Below the pieces are notes generated by a model. It saw only the letters and a list, made by a program, of their open reading frames with translations. It was not told the DNA's origin and ran no database searches. Of a DNA stretch of 64,000 bases, positions 8,769-17,592 are shown one piece after another. Where the stretch lies: positions 1,375 through 65,374 of the forward strand of contig JAWXUH010000006.1 of the NCBI GenBank assembly GCA_044432745.1. The letters run 5' to 3'. Source of the stretch: a bacterium (GTDB lineage: Bacteria; Bacillota_I; Bacilli_A; RF39; UBA660). Numbering within the stretch: the stretch's first letter is position 1; each line of letters starts with the position of its first letter. A program made the translations under genes and the position numbers.

Positions 8769-9581
8769 ATGGATAACTATTTTGTTAATCAAGCTGTAGA
8801 AAAAGCTTTTAGCGATTATGTAATTTCAAGAAATCATAAAAATGGTATTATACATAATTCTTTTTTAGTTATTACTATAAGAGGATTAATATCCATATAT
8901 GGCGAAACTGAAATAATGAATGCATATAATAGTAGAGATGAAGAACAGTTTAGAAGTATATTACTTAAATATAAATTTAGTATTATGAAATTAAATAAAT
9001 TCTTTTCTGACTTAGATACTTTTTATTATAATGATCAACAAGGTATTATTCCTAATACAATCTTTGTAGTTATACAAAGATTTATGATAGATATGCTTAT
9101 GATGAAGAAAATAAATTATGAAGTATCTGAAATGGAAATGGAGTATTTTAAAAACTTTTTATATTTTCCTAGTAGTAGTAATCCACTTTTAATTAGTTAT
9201 AATTTTCTTCATTCAAGAAACAATTTTGAAATTGTTAATTATTATGCAGATCAAGATAAATTATATGTAAAAATATCTTATAATGAACCTAAAATTTTAC
9301 TAGCTCCAGAGGCTTATAAAATAATTGATAAAAATTATACAGATGTGTGTTTGCTTACTGCAGAGGATGTTAAGTTAATAAATGAAGAAGTTTATAAGAC
9401 TCTAGCAGTAGATAAAAAATCTACAAATTTTGAATATTTATATGATTTGGCTTTATATAATTATTATAATCAAAAAATGAAACTTACTTCAGGAAATGGT
9501 TATATAGATATTTTACTTATTATGGGAATGTTATCAACAGTTGTAATGACTTTTATGATAGTAACATTCTTAATTTTGTAG
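8769..9581 (+). CDS. Hypothetical protein with a C-terminal transmembrane anchor.
   Basis: ORF 8757-9581. Preferred start is the ATG at 8769, after gatgaggtg. C-terminal helix ILLIMGMLSTVVMTFMIVTFLIL. Confidence 0.55.
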   Translation: MDNYFVNQAVEKAFSDYVISRNHKNGIIHNSFLVITIRGLISIYGETEIMNAYNSRDEEQFRSILLKYKFSIMKLNKFFSDLDTFYYNDQQGIIPNTIFVVIQRFMIDMLMMKKINYEVSEMEMEYFKNFLYFPSSSNPLLISYNFLHSRNNFEIVNYYADQDKLYVKISYNEPKILLAPEAYKIIDKNYTDVCLLTAEDVKLINEEVYKTLAVDKKSTNFEYLYDLALYNYYNQKMKLTSGNGYIDILLIMGMLSTVVMTFMIVTFLIL

Positions 9582-9588
9582 GTTATAT

Positions 9589-9858
9589 ATGAATTTGTTG
9601 GGTGTTAAATATAGTGTTATAAAAGATGAATTTGATTGTTTAAAAAATGCAGAACTTGATGAATATGTAACAGATTTCTTTACTGAATTTGATTACATAG
9701 TAGGGGATTATGCTTACGATAAACTTCGTTTAAAAGGCTTTTATGATGATTCTAATAAAAAGAAAAAGAAATATAATAATATTAAGCATGTAGATGATTA
9801 TATCAAAAATAAATGTGCTTATGGTTGCAAGTATTTCGTAATAAAAAAAATTGATTAA
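9589..9858 (+). CDS. yutD: YutD-like (DUF1027) small protein.
   Basis: The YIVGDYAYDKLRLKGFY motif matches the YutD-family signature (IVGDWGYGQLRLKGFY). Confidence 0.55.
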   Translation: MNLLGVKYSVIKDEFDCLKNAELDEYVTDFFTEFDYIVGDYAYDKLRLKGFYDDSNKKKKKYNNIKHVDDYIKNKCAYGCKYFVIKKID

Positions 9859-9905
9859 AATTTTTTTTTATGATATACTTTATTAATAAGAATAAATAAG
9901 AGGAG

Positions 9906-10979
9906 ATGAAAATCGTGGGAAAAATAAAAATAAAATTAGCTTCTGGTACAGAAGAAGAAAAAAATGTACTTAATGCTTTTGTAGTAGGTGCAGATACGTT
10001 CGTTGTTTTAGATAACGAAACGGCAGGTTCAATGGGATTGCCTATTATATTGATATCAAAACTTGTTGATAATAAACTTACAAAAGTAGTTGATCAAACT
10101 GAATGGCAAAAAACAAAAGAATATTTAAAACTTATAATATCAAATGCGCAAATGGAATATGTAACAATTCCAGAAGAGGTAACTGCAGATGATGTTTATT
10201 ATACTCAGTTAACACTTCCTCAAGGTTCTTTTGACGCAATAAAAGCTAATTATGTTCCAGCAGTACCAGTTGCTGTTGCGACTCCAGCTGCAGCGCCAGT
10301 AGCTCCTGTTCAACCAGTGGTTGAAGCACCAGTTGCACCAGTTGCGCCGGTTGCTCCAGTAGCGGAAGTTCCAGTTGTGCCAGTAGCAGAACCTGTAGCT
10401 CCTGCAGTAGTAGAAGCACCAGTAGCTGAGCCGGTTGTACAAATAGTTACTGAAGAACCATTTGTTCCAACTGTAGAAATTACACCAGTAGCAGATGTTG
10501 TTGCTCCTGCAGAGGTAGCAGCTCCAGCTGTAGAAACTCCAGTAGTTCCAGAATTACCTGTTACTCCTGAAGTTCCAGTTCCGGTAGTAGAAGCACCAGC
10601 TCCTGCTGAGCCAGTAGTAGAAGCACCAGTTCCTGAACTTCCTGAAATATCAGCAGTTCCAGAAGTACCTGTTGTTCCAACTCCTGAAGTAGCAGCTCCA
10701 GTAGCTCCAGTTGCGCCAGTAGCAGAAATTCCTGTTGTTCCAGCAGCAGAACCTGTAGCAGAAATACCAGTAGCACCTGTAGTAGAAGCTCCAGTTGAGC
10801 CAGTAGCGCCTGCTCCGGTAATAGACGCTCCAGTTATGCCTGAAGTTCCAGTAGTAGAACCAGTGGTAGCAACTCCAGCAACAGCAAATGTTGACTATGC
10901 TGATTTAAAAGAAACGTTCATGAAATCATGTGAAAATATGTTTGATGCTTTAGTTAAACAATTACAAGAAAAAGAATAG
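9906..10979 (+). CDS. Hypothetical protein with a globular N-terminal domain, a long Pro/Ala/Val-rich low-complexity linker (GC-rich DNA) and a short C-terminal domain.
   Basis: 357-aa ORF. RBS aggag immediately abuts the ATG at 9906, so the in-frame GTG at 9915 is an alternative start. PVAPVAP-type repeats run from about nt 10250-10890. Confidence 0.65.
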   Translation: MKIVGKIKIKLASGTEEEKNVLNAFVVGADTFVVLDNETAGSMGLPIILISKLVDNKLTKVVDQTEWQKTKEYLKLIISNAQMEYVTIPEEVTADDVYYTQLTLPQGSFDAIKANYVPAVPVAVATPAAAPVAPVQPVVEAPVAPVAPVAPVAEVPVVPVAEPVAPAVVEAPVAEPVVQIVTEEPFVPTVEITPVADVVAPAEVAAPAVETPVVPELPVTPEVPVPVVEAPAPAEPVVEAPVPELPEISAVPEVPVVPTPEVAAPVAPVAPVAEIPVVPAAEPVAEIPVAPVVEAPVEPVAPAPVIDAPVMPEVPVVEPVVATPATANVDYADLKETFMKSCENMFDALVKQLQEKE

Positions 10980-11022
10980 GACTTATATTCTTTTTTTTTT
11001 CATATAATTTACTGTGATTTAA

Positions 11023-11940
11023 GTGAAAGAAACTATTGAATATAATTATAATATCGAGATTGATAAATTAGATGAATCTTTAGAAACTTATTCATTTAGG
11101 TATATAAATGAAATTTTTTTATTTTGTCCTTTTAAGAGAAATAAAAACGATATTAATGAATTAGTATCGTGTTCAAATGAACTTAAAAATTTAAATATAC
11201 CTTGTTTTGAAATGATGCAAGATAAAAATGGAAAAGAACTTGTAGTTGTAGATGGAGAAGAGTATGTATTATTAAAGATACTTAACACTTATTCAAACGA
11301 AGTAGATCTTATTGATATGATAGAAATATCTAAGAAGACTCGCGTAAGTGGTGAAAAGTTAGAAAAATATAAAAATAATTGGGGTGATCTTTGGAGTCAA
11401 AAAGTAGATTACTTTGAATATCAAGTTGCACAGTTAGGTCATGGTAAAGATATTATAATAGATTCTTTTAGTTATTTTATTGGATTAGCTGAAAATGCAA
11501 TTACTATGGTTAATAAATGTAATAAGAAATATGAATATGGTAAGGATGATAATGTATGTTTATCTCATAGAAGAATTTTTTCTCCTAATTACGTTCTTAA
11601 TTATCATAATCCTATTAGTTTTTTATTAGATTTAGAAGTTCGAGATTTTGCTGAATATATAAAGTCATCTTTTTATAATAATGAAAATGCAATTTTAGAG
11701 GTAGAAACTTATTTGAAAAGTAGAAGACTTTCTATATATAGTTATCAAATGTTCTATGCTAGACTTATTTTTCCTTCTACATATTTTGATTTGTATGAAA
11801 ATGCAATAAATGATAAATCTAAGGAAGAGGATATTATTCATATAATAAAATCTTGCAGTGAATATGAAAAGTTCTTAGCGGATGTTTTGGTAATAATTCG
11901 TAAATATGTAAATATAGAAGGTCTAACTTGGATTAATTAA
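11023..11940 (+). CDS. Hypothetical protein, possibly a CotS/YutH-like kinase-fold spore coat protein.
   Basis: GTG start with a weak SD. The HRRIFSPN...LLDLE segment loosely resembles the HxDxxxxN/IDxD kinase-like core. It lies beside the yutD-like gene, as yutH does in Bacillus. The functional call is weak. Confidence 0.4.
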   Translation: MKETIEYNYNIEIDKLDESLETYSFRYINEIFLFCPFKRNKNDINELVSCSNELKNLNIPCFEMMQDKNGKELVVVDGEEYVLLKILNTYSNEVDLIDMIEISKKTRVSGEKLEKYKNNWGDLWSQKVDYFEYQVAQLGHGKDIIIDSFSYFIGLAENAITMVNKCNKKYEYGKDDNVCLSHRRIFSPNYVLNYHNPISFLLDLEVRDFAEYIKSSFYNNENAILEVETYLKSRRLSIYSYQMFYARLIFPSTYFDLYENAINDKSKEEDIIHIIKSCSEYEKFLADVLVIIRKYVNIEGLTWIN

Positions 11941-11976
11941 TAATATTATGATATAATTTTTTTAAAGGAAAAAAAG

Positions 11977-12312
11977 ATGAAATATAAAAATAAAGATATT
12001 ATTAAGTGCCTTGTTGTTTCTTTAGAACATTACGGTTTCTATGTTAAAACTGAATATGGTGATAAAGGTCTTGTTCATATTTCTGAGATTTCTAACAAAT
12101 ATATATCAGATATTAATCAGTACGTAAAAAAAGGAGATGCTATATATTGTAAAATCTTAGAAAATAATGAAGATGTTCTTTTACTTTCTATAAAGAATAT
12201 AAATTATAAATGCTATACTAAATTTAATTTTAAATCAAATGTACTAGATTTTGAACCCCTAAAAAAAATGTTGCCTATATGGATAGAAGATAAAATAGGG
12301 GAATATAAATAA
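11977..12312 (+). CDS. S1 RNA-binding domain protein (YugI/GSP13-like).
   Basis: RBS aaagga. VHISEIS...Y.KKGD...K.L S1 fold pattern. Confidence 0.6.
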   Translation: MKYKNKDIIKCLVVSLEHYGFYVKTEYGDKGLVHISEISNKYISDINQYVKKGDAIYCKILENNEDVLLLSIKNINYKCYTKFNFKSNVLDFEPLKKMLPIWIEDKIGEYK

Positions 12313-12325
12313 ATTCATAAAACAA

Positions 12326-12352
12326 AAAAACAGTTTTTCAACTGTTTTTATT
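12326..12352. terminator. Bidirectional rho-independent terminator (aaaacagtt tttca aactgtttt) between the S1 gene and the tRNA cluster.
   Basis: Perfect 9-bp stem with T-runs on both sides. Confidence 0.6.
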
Positions 12353-12362
12353 TTTGCTTCAT

Positions 12363-12438
12363 TGGTGGCTCCAGCAAGAATCGAACTTGCGACACAAGGA
12401 TTTTCAGTCCTTTGCTCTACCGACTGAGCTATGAAGCC
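12363..12438 (-). tRNA. tRNA-Phe (GAA)
   Basis: The reverse complement folds as a cloverleaf with anticodon loop CTGAAAA. CCA is encoded. Confidence 0.9.
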
Positions 12439-12441
12439 AAA

Positions 12442-12517
12442 TGGCGGTTCCGACCGGGATCGAACCGGCGATCTTCTGCGTGACAGGCAGACGTGATAAC
12501 CGCTACACTACGGAACC
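12442..12517 (-). tRNA. tRNA-Asp (GTC)
   Basis: Revcomp GGTTCCGTAGTGTAGCGGTTATCACG...CTGTCAC anticodon loop. CCA is encoded. Confidence 0.9.
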
Positions 12518-12531
12518 ATCAAAATTTAAAT

Positions 12532-12609
<78 letters not shown>

Positions 12610-12623
12610 ATATAATTATCAAA

Positions 12624-12717
12624 ATGGCGGAGGAAAAGGGATTCGAACCCCTGCGCCAGTTTCCCGACCTGCTGGTTTTCAAGACCAGTCCCTTCAACCG
12701 GACTTGGGTATTCCTCC
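12624..12717 (-). tRNA. tRNA-Ser (TGA)
   Basis: Revcomp GGAGGAATACCCAAGTCCGG... with a long variable arm. Anticodon loop CTTGAAA. Confidence 0.9.
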
Positions 12718-12734
12718 GTTTTTGGTACAAATAA

Positions 12735-12763
12735 ATTATAGCAAACTATAAAAGTTATGTCAA
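12735..12763 (-). promoter_or_regulatory. Consensus sigma-A promoter for the tRNA cluster: -35 TTGACA, 17-nt spacer, -10 TATAAT.
   Basis: The reverse complement reads ttgacataacttttatagtttgctataat, ~15 nt upstream of the tRNA-Ser 5' end. Confidence 0.7.
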
Positions 12764-12887
12764 CATAATTATTAAAAAATGACTTTTTTTTAATAAATTC
12801 GCTATTTATAGCCATATTTTATTGAATTTTTTTGTTTTTTTTAGCAAAAAAATTGAAAATATGATAAAATTTTAAAAGGTGATTTAA

Positions 12888-14507
12888 ATGAATGAGAAAG
12901 AAATTTTTATTTTTGGTCATAGAAACCCAGATAGTGATAGTGTTTGTTCTGCAATTGCATTATCTTATTTAAAAAAACAACAAGGGCTTAATACTATACC
13001 AAAAATTTTAAGTGATATAAATAAGGAATCTAAATTCATATTGGATTATTTCAATATTAAGAAACCAGACTTTATAAACGACGTTAAAGTTAGAGTAAAG
13101 GATATAGCATATGAAACTAATGCATTGATCCACGAAGAAGAGTCTATTGATAGAGCTTTTGAGATAATGGCTAAATTTAATGTAACTGCTGTACCTTTAG
13201 TGGATAACAAATGTAAACTTACAGGTTATTTAACTTTAAAGGACATAGCTAAATATTTAGCAGTAGCTGATAGTGATTATATGGATACATCTCTTATTAA
13301 TATAATGAATTCACTTGATGCTAAAGTTGTAACTCATAGTGAAGAATATATTTCTGGTAATATTATTGTTGCTGGACTTGATACTGAAACTTTTTTAAGT
13401 GAAGTGGTTTTAAATGAATCTACTATATTAATATCAGGTTTTAGACGTAGAATTATAAAAAAAGCTATAGAATCAAATGTTAAACTTATTATAATTAGTT
13501 GTAATCAAAGAATTGATGATGATTTAAGGGAACTTGCAAAAGTTAATAATGTTTCTATTATTAAAACTAAGCTACTTACTTTTAATATAGCAAATAAAAT
13601 TCATTTATCTAATTTTGCAAAAACAATTAATGTTAATTTAAACCCAGTTGTTATGCATGAAGATGATTATTATTCAGATTTTATAGATAAATCTAATAAA
13701 GATAAACATTCTAATTATCCAGTACTAAATAAAAAGAATATATGTAAAGGTTTAATTAAAGCAAATGGTGAAAATGAATATGAAAAACAAGAAGTAATGC
13801 TAGTTGATCATAATACATTCTCACAATCAGCTGTAGGTCTTGAAGAAGCAGAAATACTTGAAATAGTTGATCATCATAATTTAGGTGCTCTTAATACGAT
13901 GTTACCAATTAGTTTTAGAAGTATGCCAGTAGGTTGTACATCTACAATTATATATATTATGTTTAAGGAAAGTAAAATAGAGATACCAAAAGAAATAGCT
14001 GGAATTATGTTATCTGCTATAATATCAGATACTTTATTATTTACTTCTCCAACTACAACTAATAAGGATAGAGAAGTAGCTGAAAAACTTGCTGTTATAG
14101 CTGAACTTGATATCCAATCTTATGGACAAGAATTACTTAAAGCTGCAAGTTCTATTGAAGGTATGAGTGTTAAAGATTTAGTGTATACTGATTATAAATC
14201 ATATACTTATAATGAAAAACAAGTTGGTATTAGTGTTATTACTACTATGGACTTTGATGCTGTAGTGCCTATGATGCCTGAAATTCAAACTTTACTTGAT
14301 ACTAAAATAGAAGTAGGGTATGATTTATCAGTTATGTTTGCTACTGATGTAGTTAAGAATGGTTCATATTTAATATATAATGAATCATCAGAAGAATTAT
14401 TAAAAGATGCTTTCAATCTTGAAGAAATATATCAAGGTATATTTATTTCAGGACTTGTATCTAGAAAGAAACAAATGCTTCCTAGAATATTTGAAAATTT
14501 AAAATAA
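12888..14507 (+). CDS. CBS-domain-containing family-II (DHH/DHHA2) inorganic pyrophosphatase-like protein.
   Basis: GHRNPDSDSVCSAIA N-motif, DHN, DHHNLG, an inserted CBS pair and a DHHA2 C-terminus (GIMLSAIISDTLLFTSPTTT). Confidence 0.75.
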   Translation: MNEKEIFIFGHRNPDSDSVCSAIALSYLKKQQGLNTIPKILSDINKESKFILDYFNIKKPDFINDVKVRVKDIAYETNALIHEEESIDRAFEIMAKFNVTAVPLVDNKCKLTGYLTLKDIAKYLAVADSDYMDTSLINIMNSLDAKVVTHSEEYISGNIIVAGLDTETFLSEVVLNESTILISGFRRRIIKKAIESNVKLIIISCNQRIDDDLRELAKVNNVSIIKTKLLTFNIANKIHLSNFAKTINVNLNPVVMHEDDYYSDFIDKSNKDKHSNYPVLNKKNICKGLIKANGENEYEKQEVMLVDHNTFSQSAVGLEEAEILEIVDHHNLGALNTMLPISFRSMPVGCTSTIIYIMFKESKIEIPKEIAGIMLSAIISDTLLFTSPTTTNKDREVAEKLAVIAELDIQSYGQELLKAASSIEGMSVKDLVYTDYKSYTYNEKQVGISVITTMDFDAVVPMMPEIQTLLDTKIEVGYDLSVMFATDVVKNGSYLIYNESSEELLKDAFNLEEIYQGIFISGLVSRKKQMLPRIFENLK

Positions 14508-14530
14508 TATTTTAAATTTTTTTTATGAAA

Positions 14531-14565
14531 AAAACCACTACATATAAAGTAGTGGTTTTATTTTA
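14531..14565. terminator. Bidirectional terminator between convergent genes.
   Basis: aaaccactac atataa gtagtggttt with flanking T/A runs. Confidence 0.6.
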
Positions 14566-14571
14566 AAAAAT

Positions 14572-15423
14572 TTATTTTTTTAAACGTTGTTTTGATCTAT
14601 TAATAGAATCTAAAGTTGGTTTAACAATATCACTATTACTCATATCTAGATTATAAGTAGTTAGAAAACTTTGTACTGAATTTTCTCCTGTTATAACAGT
14701 TTTAAAATCTTTTAATATTTCTTTTTGCACATATGGCGTAGAATTTCTATATATATAATATAAAAATAGAGCATACGTATTTCCAGTATAATAAATATCT
14801 GCTTTAATACCTTTATTAGTGTTTGCTACATTTAACCACCTGTTGGTTTCACAATTTAGAAACTCTTCTGAATCCTCATGTAAGTATAAATACTCTAAAA
14901 AAATACTTATAAATTCGTCATTCGTTGTATCTGCAACATTGTATATGTTCTTTGATGCTAACATATGGCCTAATTCATGTACATATGTTGATTGTAAATT
15001 GGATATACTTACTTTTGATAGTGTTACATCGTCAAAAAAATATTGCCCCTCATGAGTAGAAATAGAACGTACTCTTGATTCGTATAATACATCGGTAAAA
15101 AAAATATCTACATCAAATAAATTTACGACTTTATGAGAATTTGCTAAAAAATTAGTAACTTGATCTTCATTAAAAATATTTGAATTAATAAAGTTATCTT
15201 CTATTACTTCAAATTGTGATGGATAAAGATATTTTATATCGAAATTTAATTCTCCAAAATATTGTTTAAAAAATTCTTGTACTTCTTTTTTTAAATTTTC
15301 TTGATCTTCCTTAGTAGAGTAGGATGGTATTATGCATTCATTAGAATTATATTTATGTACTTTGTATAAATGCTTAAGTATTTTTCTACTATTTCTTTTA
15401 TAATAGTTGTATTTAAAAAACAT
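14572..15423 (-). CDS. Putative zinc metallopeptidase (HExxH), paralog A.
   Basis: HELGHMLASKN motif. RBS aggggg. Shares FLEYLY.HEDSE and YYT.N.Y...LYY.YRN with the upstream paralog. Confidence 0.65.
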   Translation of the reverse strand: MFFKYNYYKRNSRKILKHLYKVHKYNSNECIIPSYSTKEDQENLKKEVQEFFKQYFGELNFDIKYLYPSQFEVIEDNFINSNIFNEDQVTNFLANSHKVVNLFDVDIFFTDVLYESRVRSISTHEGQYFFDDVTLSKVSISNLQSTYVHELGHMLASKNIYNVADTTNDEFISIFLEYLYLHEDSEEFLNCETNRWLNVANTNKGIKADIYYTGNTYALFLYYIYRNSTPYVQKEILKDFKTVITGENSVQSFLTTYNLDMSNSDIVKPTLDSINRSKQRLKK

Positions 15424-15439
15424 ATATTTTACCCCCTAA

Positions 15440-15482
15440 AGATAATTTAATTGTAACACAAATGTAACAAAAAATCAATTGT
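15440..15482 (-). promoter_or_regulatory. Promoter of HExxH paralog A: -35 TTGATT, 17-nt spacer containing a direct repeat TGTTAC x2, extended -10 TGTGTTACAAT.
   Basis: Revcomp aattgattttttgttacatttgtgttacaat. A near-identical block lies upstream of paralog B. Confidence 0.5.
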
Positions 15483-15503
15483 TACATTGATTTTATAAAC
15501 TAT

Positions 15504-16403
15504 TTATCTTTTTCTTATATATTGTTTTGATCTATCTATAGATGATAATATTGGATTAAGTATATCATCGTTATAAAAATGTAGATTATATAATTGTCTA
15601 AAGTCTCTGATACTTCTTTTACCATTTAGAACTTGTTCTATGTTGTTTAACAAAATTCTTTTTTGAGATAAATTCATATTTCTATATAAATAATATAAAT
15701 ATACTGAATATATATTAGCTGTATAGTAGTAGTTATATTCCTTTGTATTTTTATTGAATTTACCGTATGTAATGTCACTCCATCTATTAGCTTCAGACTT
15801 ATAAAAAAATTCTGAATCTTCTTCCATAGATAAATATTCTAAAAAAACACTTAATAATTCTTCGTTTGGCTCATCAAATATATTAGCTTTCATATTATTT
15901 ACAAGAATATGTGTTAACTCATGAATATACCCTTGTTTTAAACCTGATAAATCTCTTAGTGATAATGTTATATCACCTAAGTAGTATGCAGCATCTATTG
16001 TCATATATCCATTAATGCTTGACGCTGAATGATGTTCATCCAATTTAACTTCTATATCATACATATTCATAGGTTTATAATTTCCTTTTAAGAATTCTCT
16101 TATAGTTTGATCATCTAAATCATCTTTGTTTTCAAATAACTCTTTCATTCTTTCAAAATCTTCTCTTACTATATATTTAGTGTTATGCTCTAAATTATTA
16201 AAATTCATAGAAAAGAATTCTTTTGTTTCTTCTTTGAAGTTCTCAATCTCACTTTGAGTAGCATCTATCAATCTTTTTTTAATAGTTAAATTATATTTTT
16301 GTAATGGTTTTAAATGTTTATATATTATATCACTGTTGTTTACAATTAATTTTTTTTTAAAAAACATATAGTCCTCCTCAAATCGGTTTTTGTATAGTAA
16401 CAC
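15504..16403 (-). CDS. Putative zinc metallopeptidase (HExxH), paralog B.
   Basis: HELTHILVNNM motif. RBS gaggagg. C-terminal SIDRSKQ motif is conserved with paralog A. Confidence 0.65.
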   Translation of the reverse strand: MLLYKNRFEEDYMFFKKKLIVNNSDIIYKHLKPLQKYNLTIKKRLIDATQSEIENFKEETKEFFSMNFNNLEHNTKYIVREDFERMKELFENKDDLDDQTIREFLKGNYKPMNMYDIEVKLDEHHSASSINGYMTIDAAYYLGDITLSLRDLSGLKQGYIHELTHILVNNMKANIFDEPNEELLSVFLEYLSMEEDSEFFYKSEANRWSDITYGKFNKNTKEYNYYYTANIYSVYLYYLYRNMNLSQKRILLNNIEQVLNGKRSIRDFRQLYNLHFYNDDILNPILSSIDRSKQYIRKR

Positions 16404-16440
16404 AAAAGTAACAAAAAATCAATTAATATTAACTAATATG
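16398..16440 (-). promoter_or_regulatory. Promoter of HExxH paralog B, with the same architecture (TTGATT, 17 nt, TGTGTTACTAT).
   Basis: Revcomp aattgattttttgttacttttgtgttactat. Confidence 0.5.
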
Positions 16441-16647
16441 TTCCAATTAATAGGAGATTATCTATATTTTTATTTTAATTTGAATATTTTTTAGTTATAT
16501 AACTATAATTATTTTTTTTTGTTTGAATATGTGTAATAGATATAGAAAGTATATATTTTTATTTAAGTGTAGCAATTGATGTAGTAGAGAATATGAGTAC
16601 ATAATTAAATGCATTATATGTACAGATTCACTAAATTTTTTGCAAAA

Positions 16648-16680
16648 AAAAAATTTGACAAGTCAAATTTTTATTTTATA
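16648..16680 (-). terminator. Rho-independent terminator downstream of tRNA-Met.
   Basis: Palindrome aaatttgac aa gtcaaattt followed by a T-run in tRNA orientation. Confidence 0.55.
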
Positions 16681-16684
16681 AAAT

Positions 16685-16761
16685 TGGTAGCGACGGAGGG
16701 ATTTGAACCCCCGACCTATCGGGTATGAACCGAGTGCTCTAGCCAGCTGAGCTACATCGCC
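16685..16761 (-). tRNA. Elongator tRNA-Met (CAT). A lysidine-modified Ile2 tRNA cannot be excluded from sequence alone.
   Basis: Revcomp GGCGATGTAGCTCAGCTGGCTAGAGC...TTCATAC loop, very similar to Bacillus elongator tRNA-Met. CCA is encoded. Confidence 0.8.
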
Positions 16762-16780
16762 ATAAATCAACAACAAAAAT

Positions 16781-16809
16781 ATTATAGCAAACTATTTTTT
16801 AAAAATCAA
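16781..16809 (-). promoter_or_regulatory. Sigma-A promoter for tRNA-Met: -35 TTGATT, 17-nt spacer, -10 TATAAT. It shares atagtttgcTATAAT with the tRNA-cluster promoter.
   Basis: Revcomp ttgatttttaaaaaatagtttgctataat. Confidence 0.6.
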
Positions 16810-16846
16810 GCTTGTACGATTAATTTCTATATGATATACTATATTT

Positions 16847-17575
16847 ATGGTGAATTTAATGAAAGAATATAAAAAAATATTAATAACTTTAGCGGTTGTT
16901 GTAGTATTTATTGTATTAATAATATTAGGATATTTGACTCTTACAAGAGATAATAGTGTTGATATATATAATGATGTTACAATATTCTCAAAAGAATATG
17001 AAAGTTTAAATGGAGAAGAGTTGTCTGGTAAATTACTTTTAGAAGTAGATATTAACGATGAGGCAGTGATATATGAAAAAACTATTTTAGAAATATTAGA
17101 TATCATGAACAATGAATCTGCTCTTATTTATTTTGGTTTTGGAACGTGTCCTTGGTGTAGAAATATGATTGAAGCTTTAGTTGATTCTTCGGTAAGTAAA
17201 AATGAACCGATATATTATGTTAATATATCAAGTGTTAGAAATACTTATACATATGAAGCTGGGAATGTAGTAGAAACAAAAGAGGGGGATGAATCTTATT
17301 ATGAAGTAGTAGAATTTTTATCTGATTCTTTGTCTGAATATTATGTTTATGATGAAGACGGAGAAAAATACGATACTAATACTAAGAGACTTTATGCTCC
17401 TACAGTAATTACTGTTAAAAATGGTAGTTTAGTTGATATTTCATTTGGTACTGTAGATGAAGTAGAAGATCCTTATATTAAGTTAACAGATGAAGAGTAT
17501 AGTGATTTGTTACTAGAATATAATAATATGATAAATGATTTACAAACTGAAATGTGTAGTTTAGAGAGTTGTTAA
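16847..17575 (+). CDS. Membrane-anchored thioredoxin-fold thiol-disulfide oxidoreductase (CPWC active site).
   Basis: N-terminal TM helix. GFGTCPWCRNM CxxC motif. The start could be the ATG at 16859. Confidence 0.6.
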   Translation: MVNLMKEYKKILITLAVVVVFIVLIILGYLTLTRDNSVDIYNDVTIFSKEYESLNGEELSGKLLLEVDINDEAVIYEKTILEILDIMNNESALIYFGFGTCPWCRNMIEALVDSSVSKNEPIYYVNISSVRNTYTYEAGNVVETKEGDESYYEVVEFLSDSLSEYYVYDEDGEKYDTNTKRLYAPTVITVKNGSLVDISFGTVDEVEDPYIKLTDEEYSDLLLEYNNMINDLQTEMCSLESC

Positions 17576-17592
17576 GAAATGGGGAATGAATA

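Noticed and set aside
9906-9914. ATG at 9906 as the definitive start of the PAV-linker protein.
   Set aside because: The AGGAG Shine-Dalgarno directly abuts this ATG with zero spacing. The in-frame GTG at 9915 has ideal 9-nt spacing. The start is left ambiguous rather than asserted.
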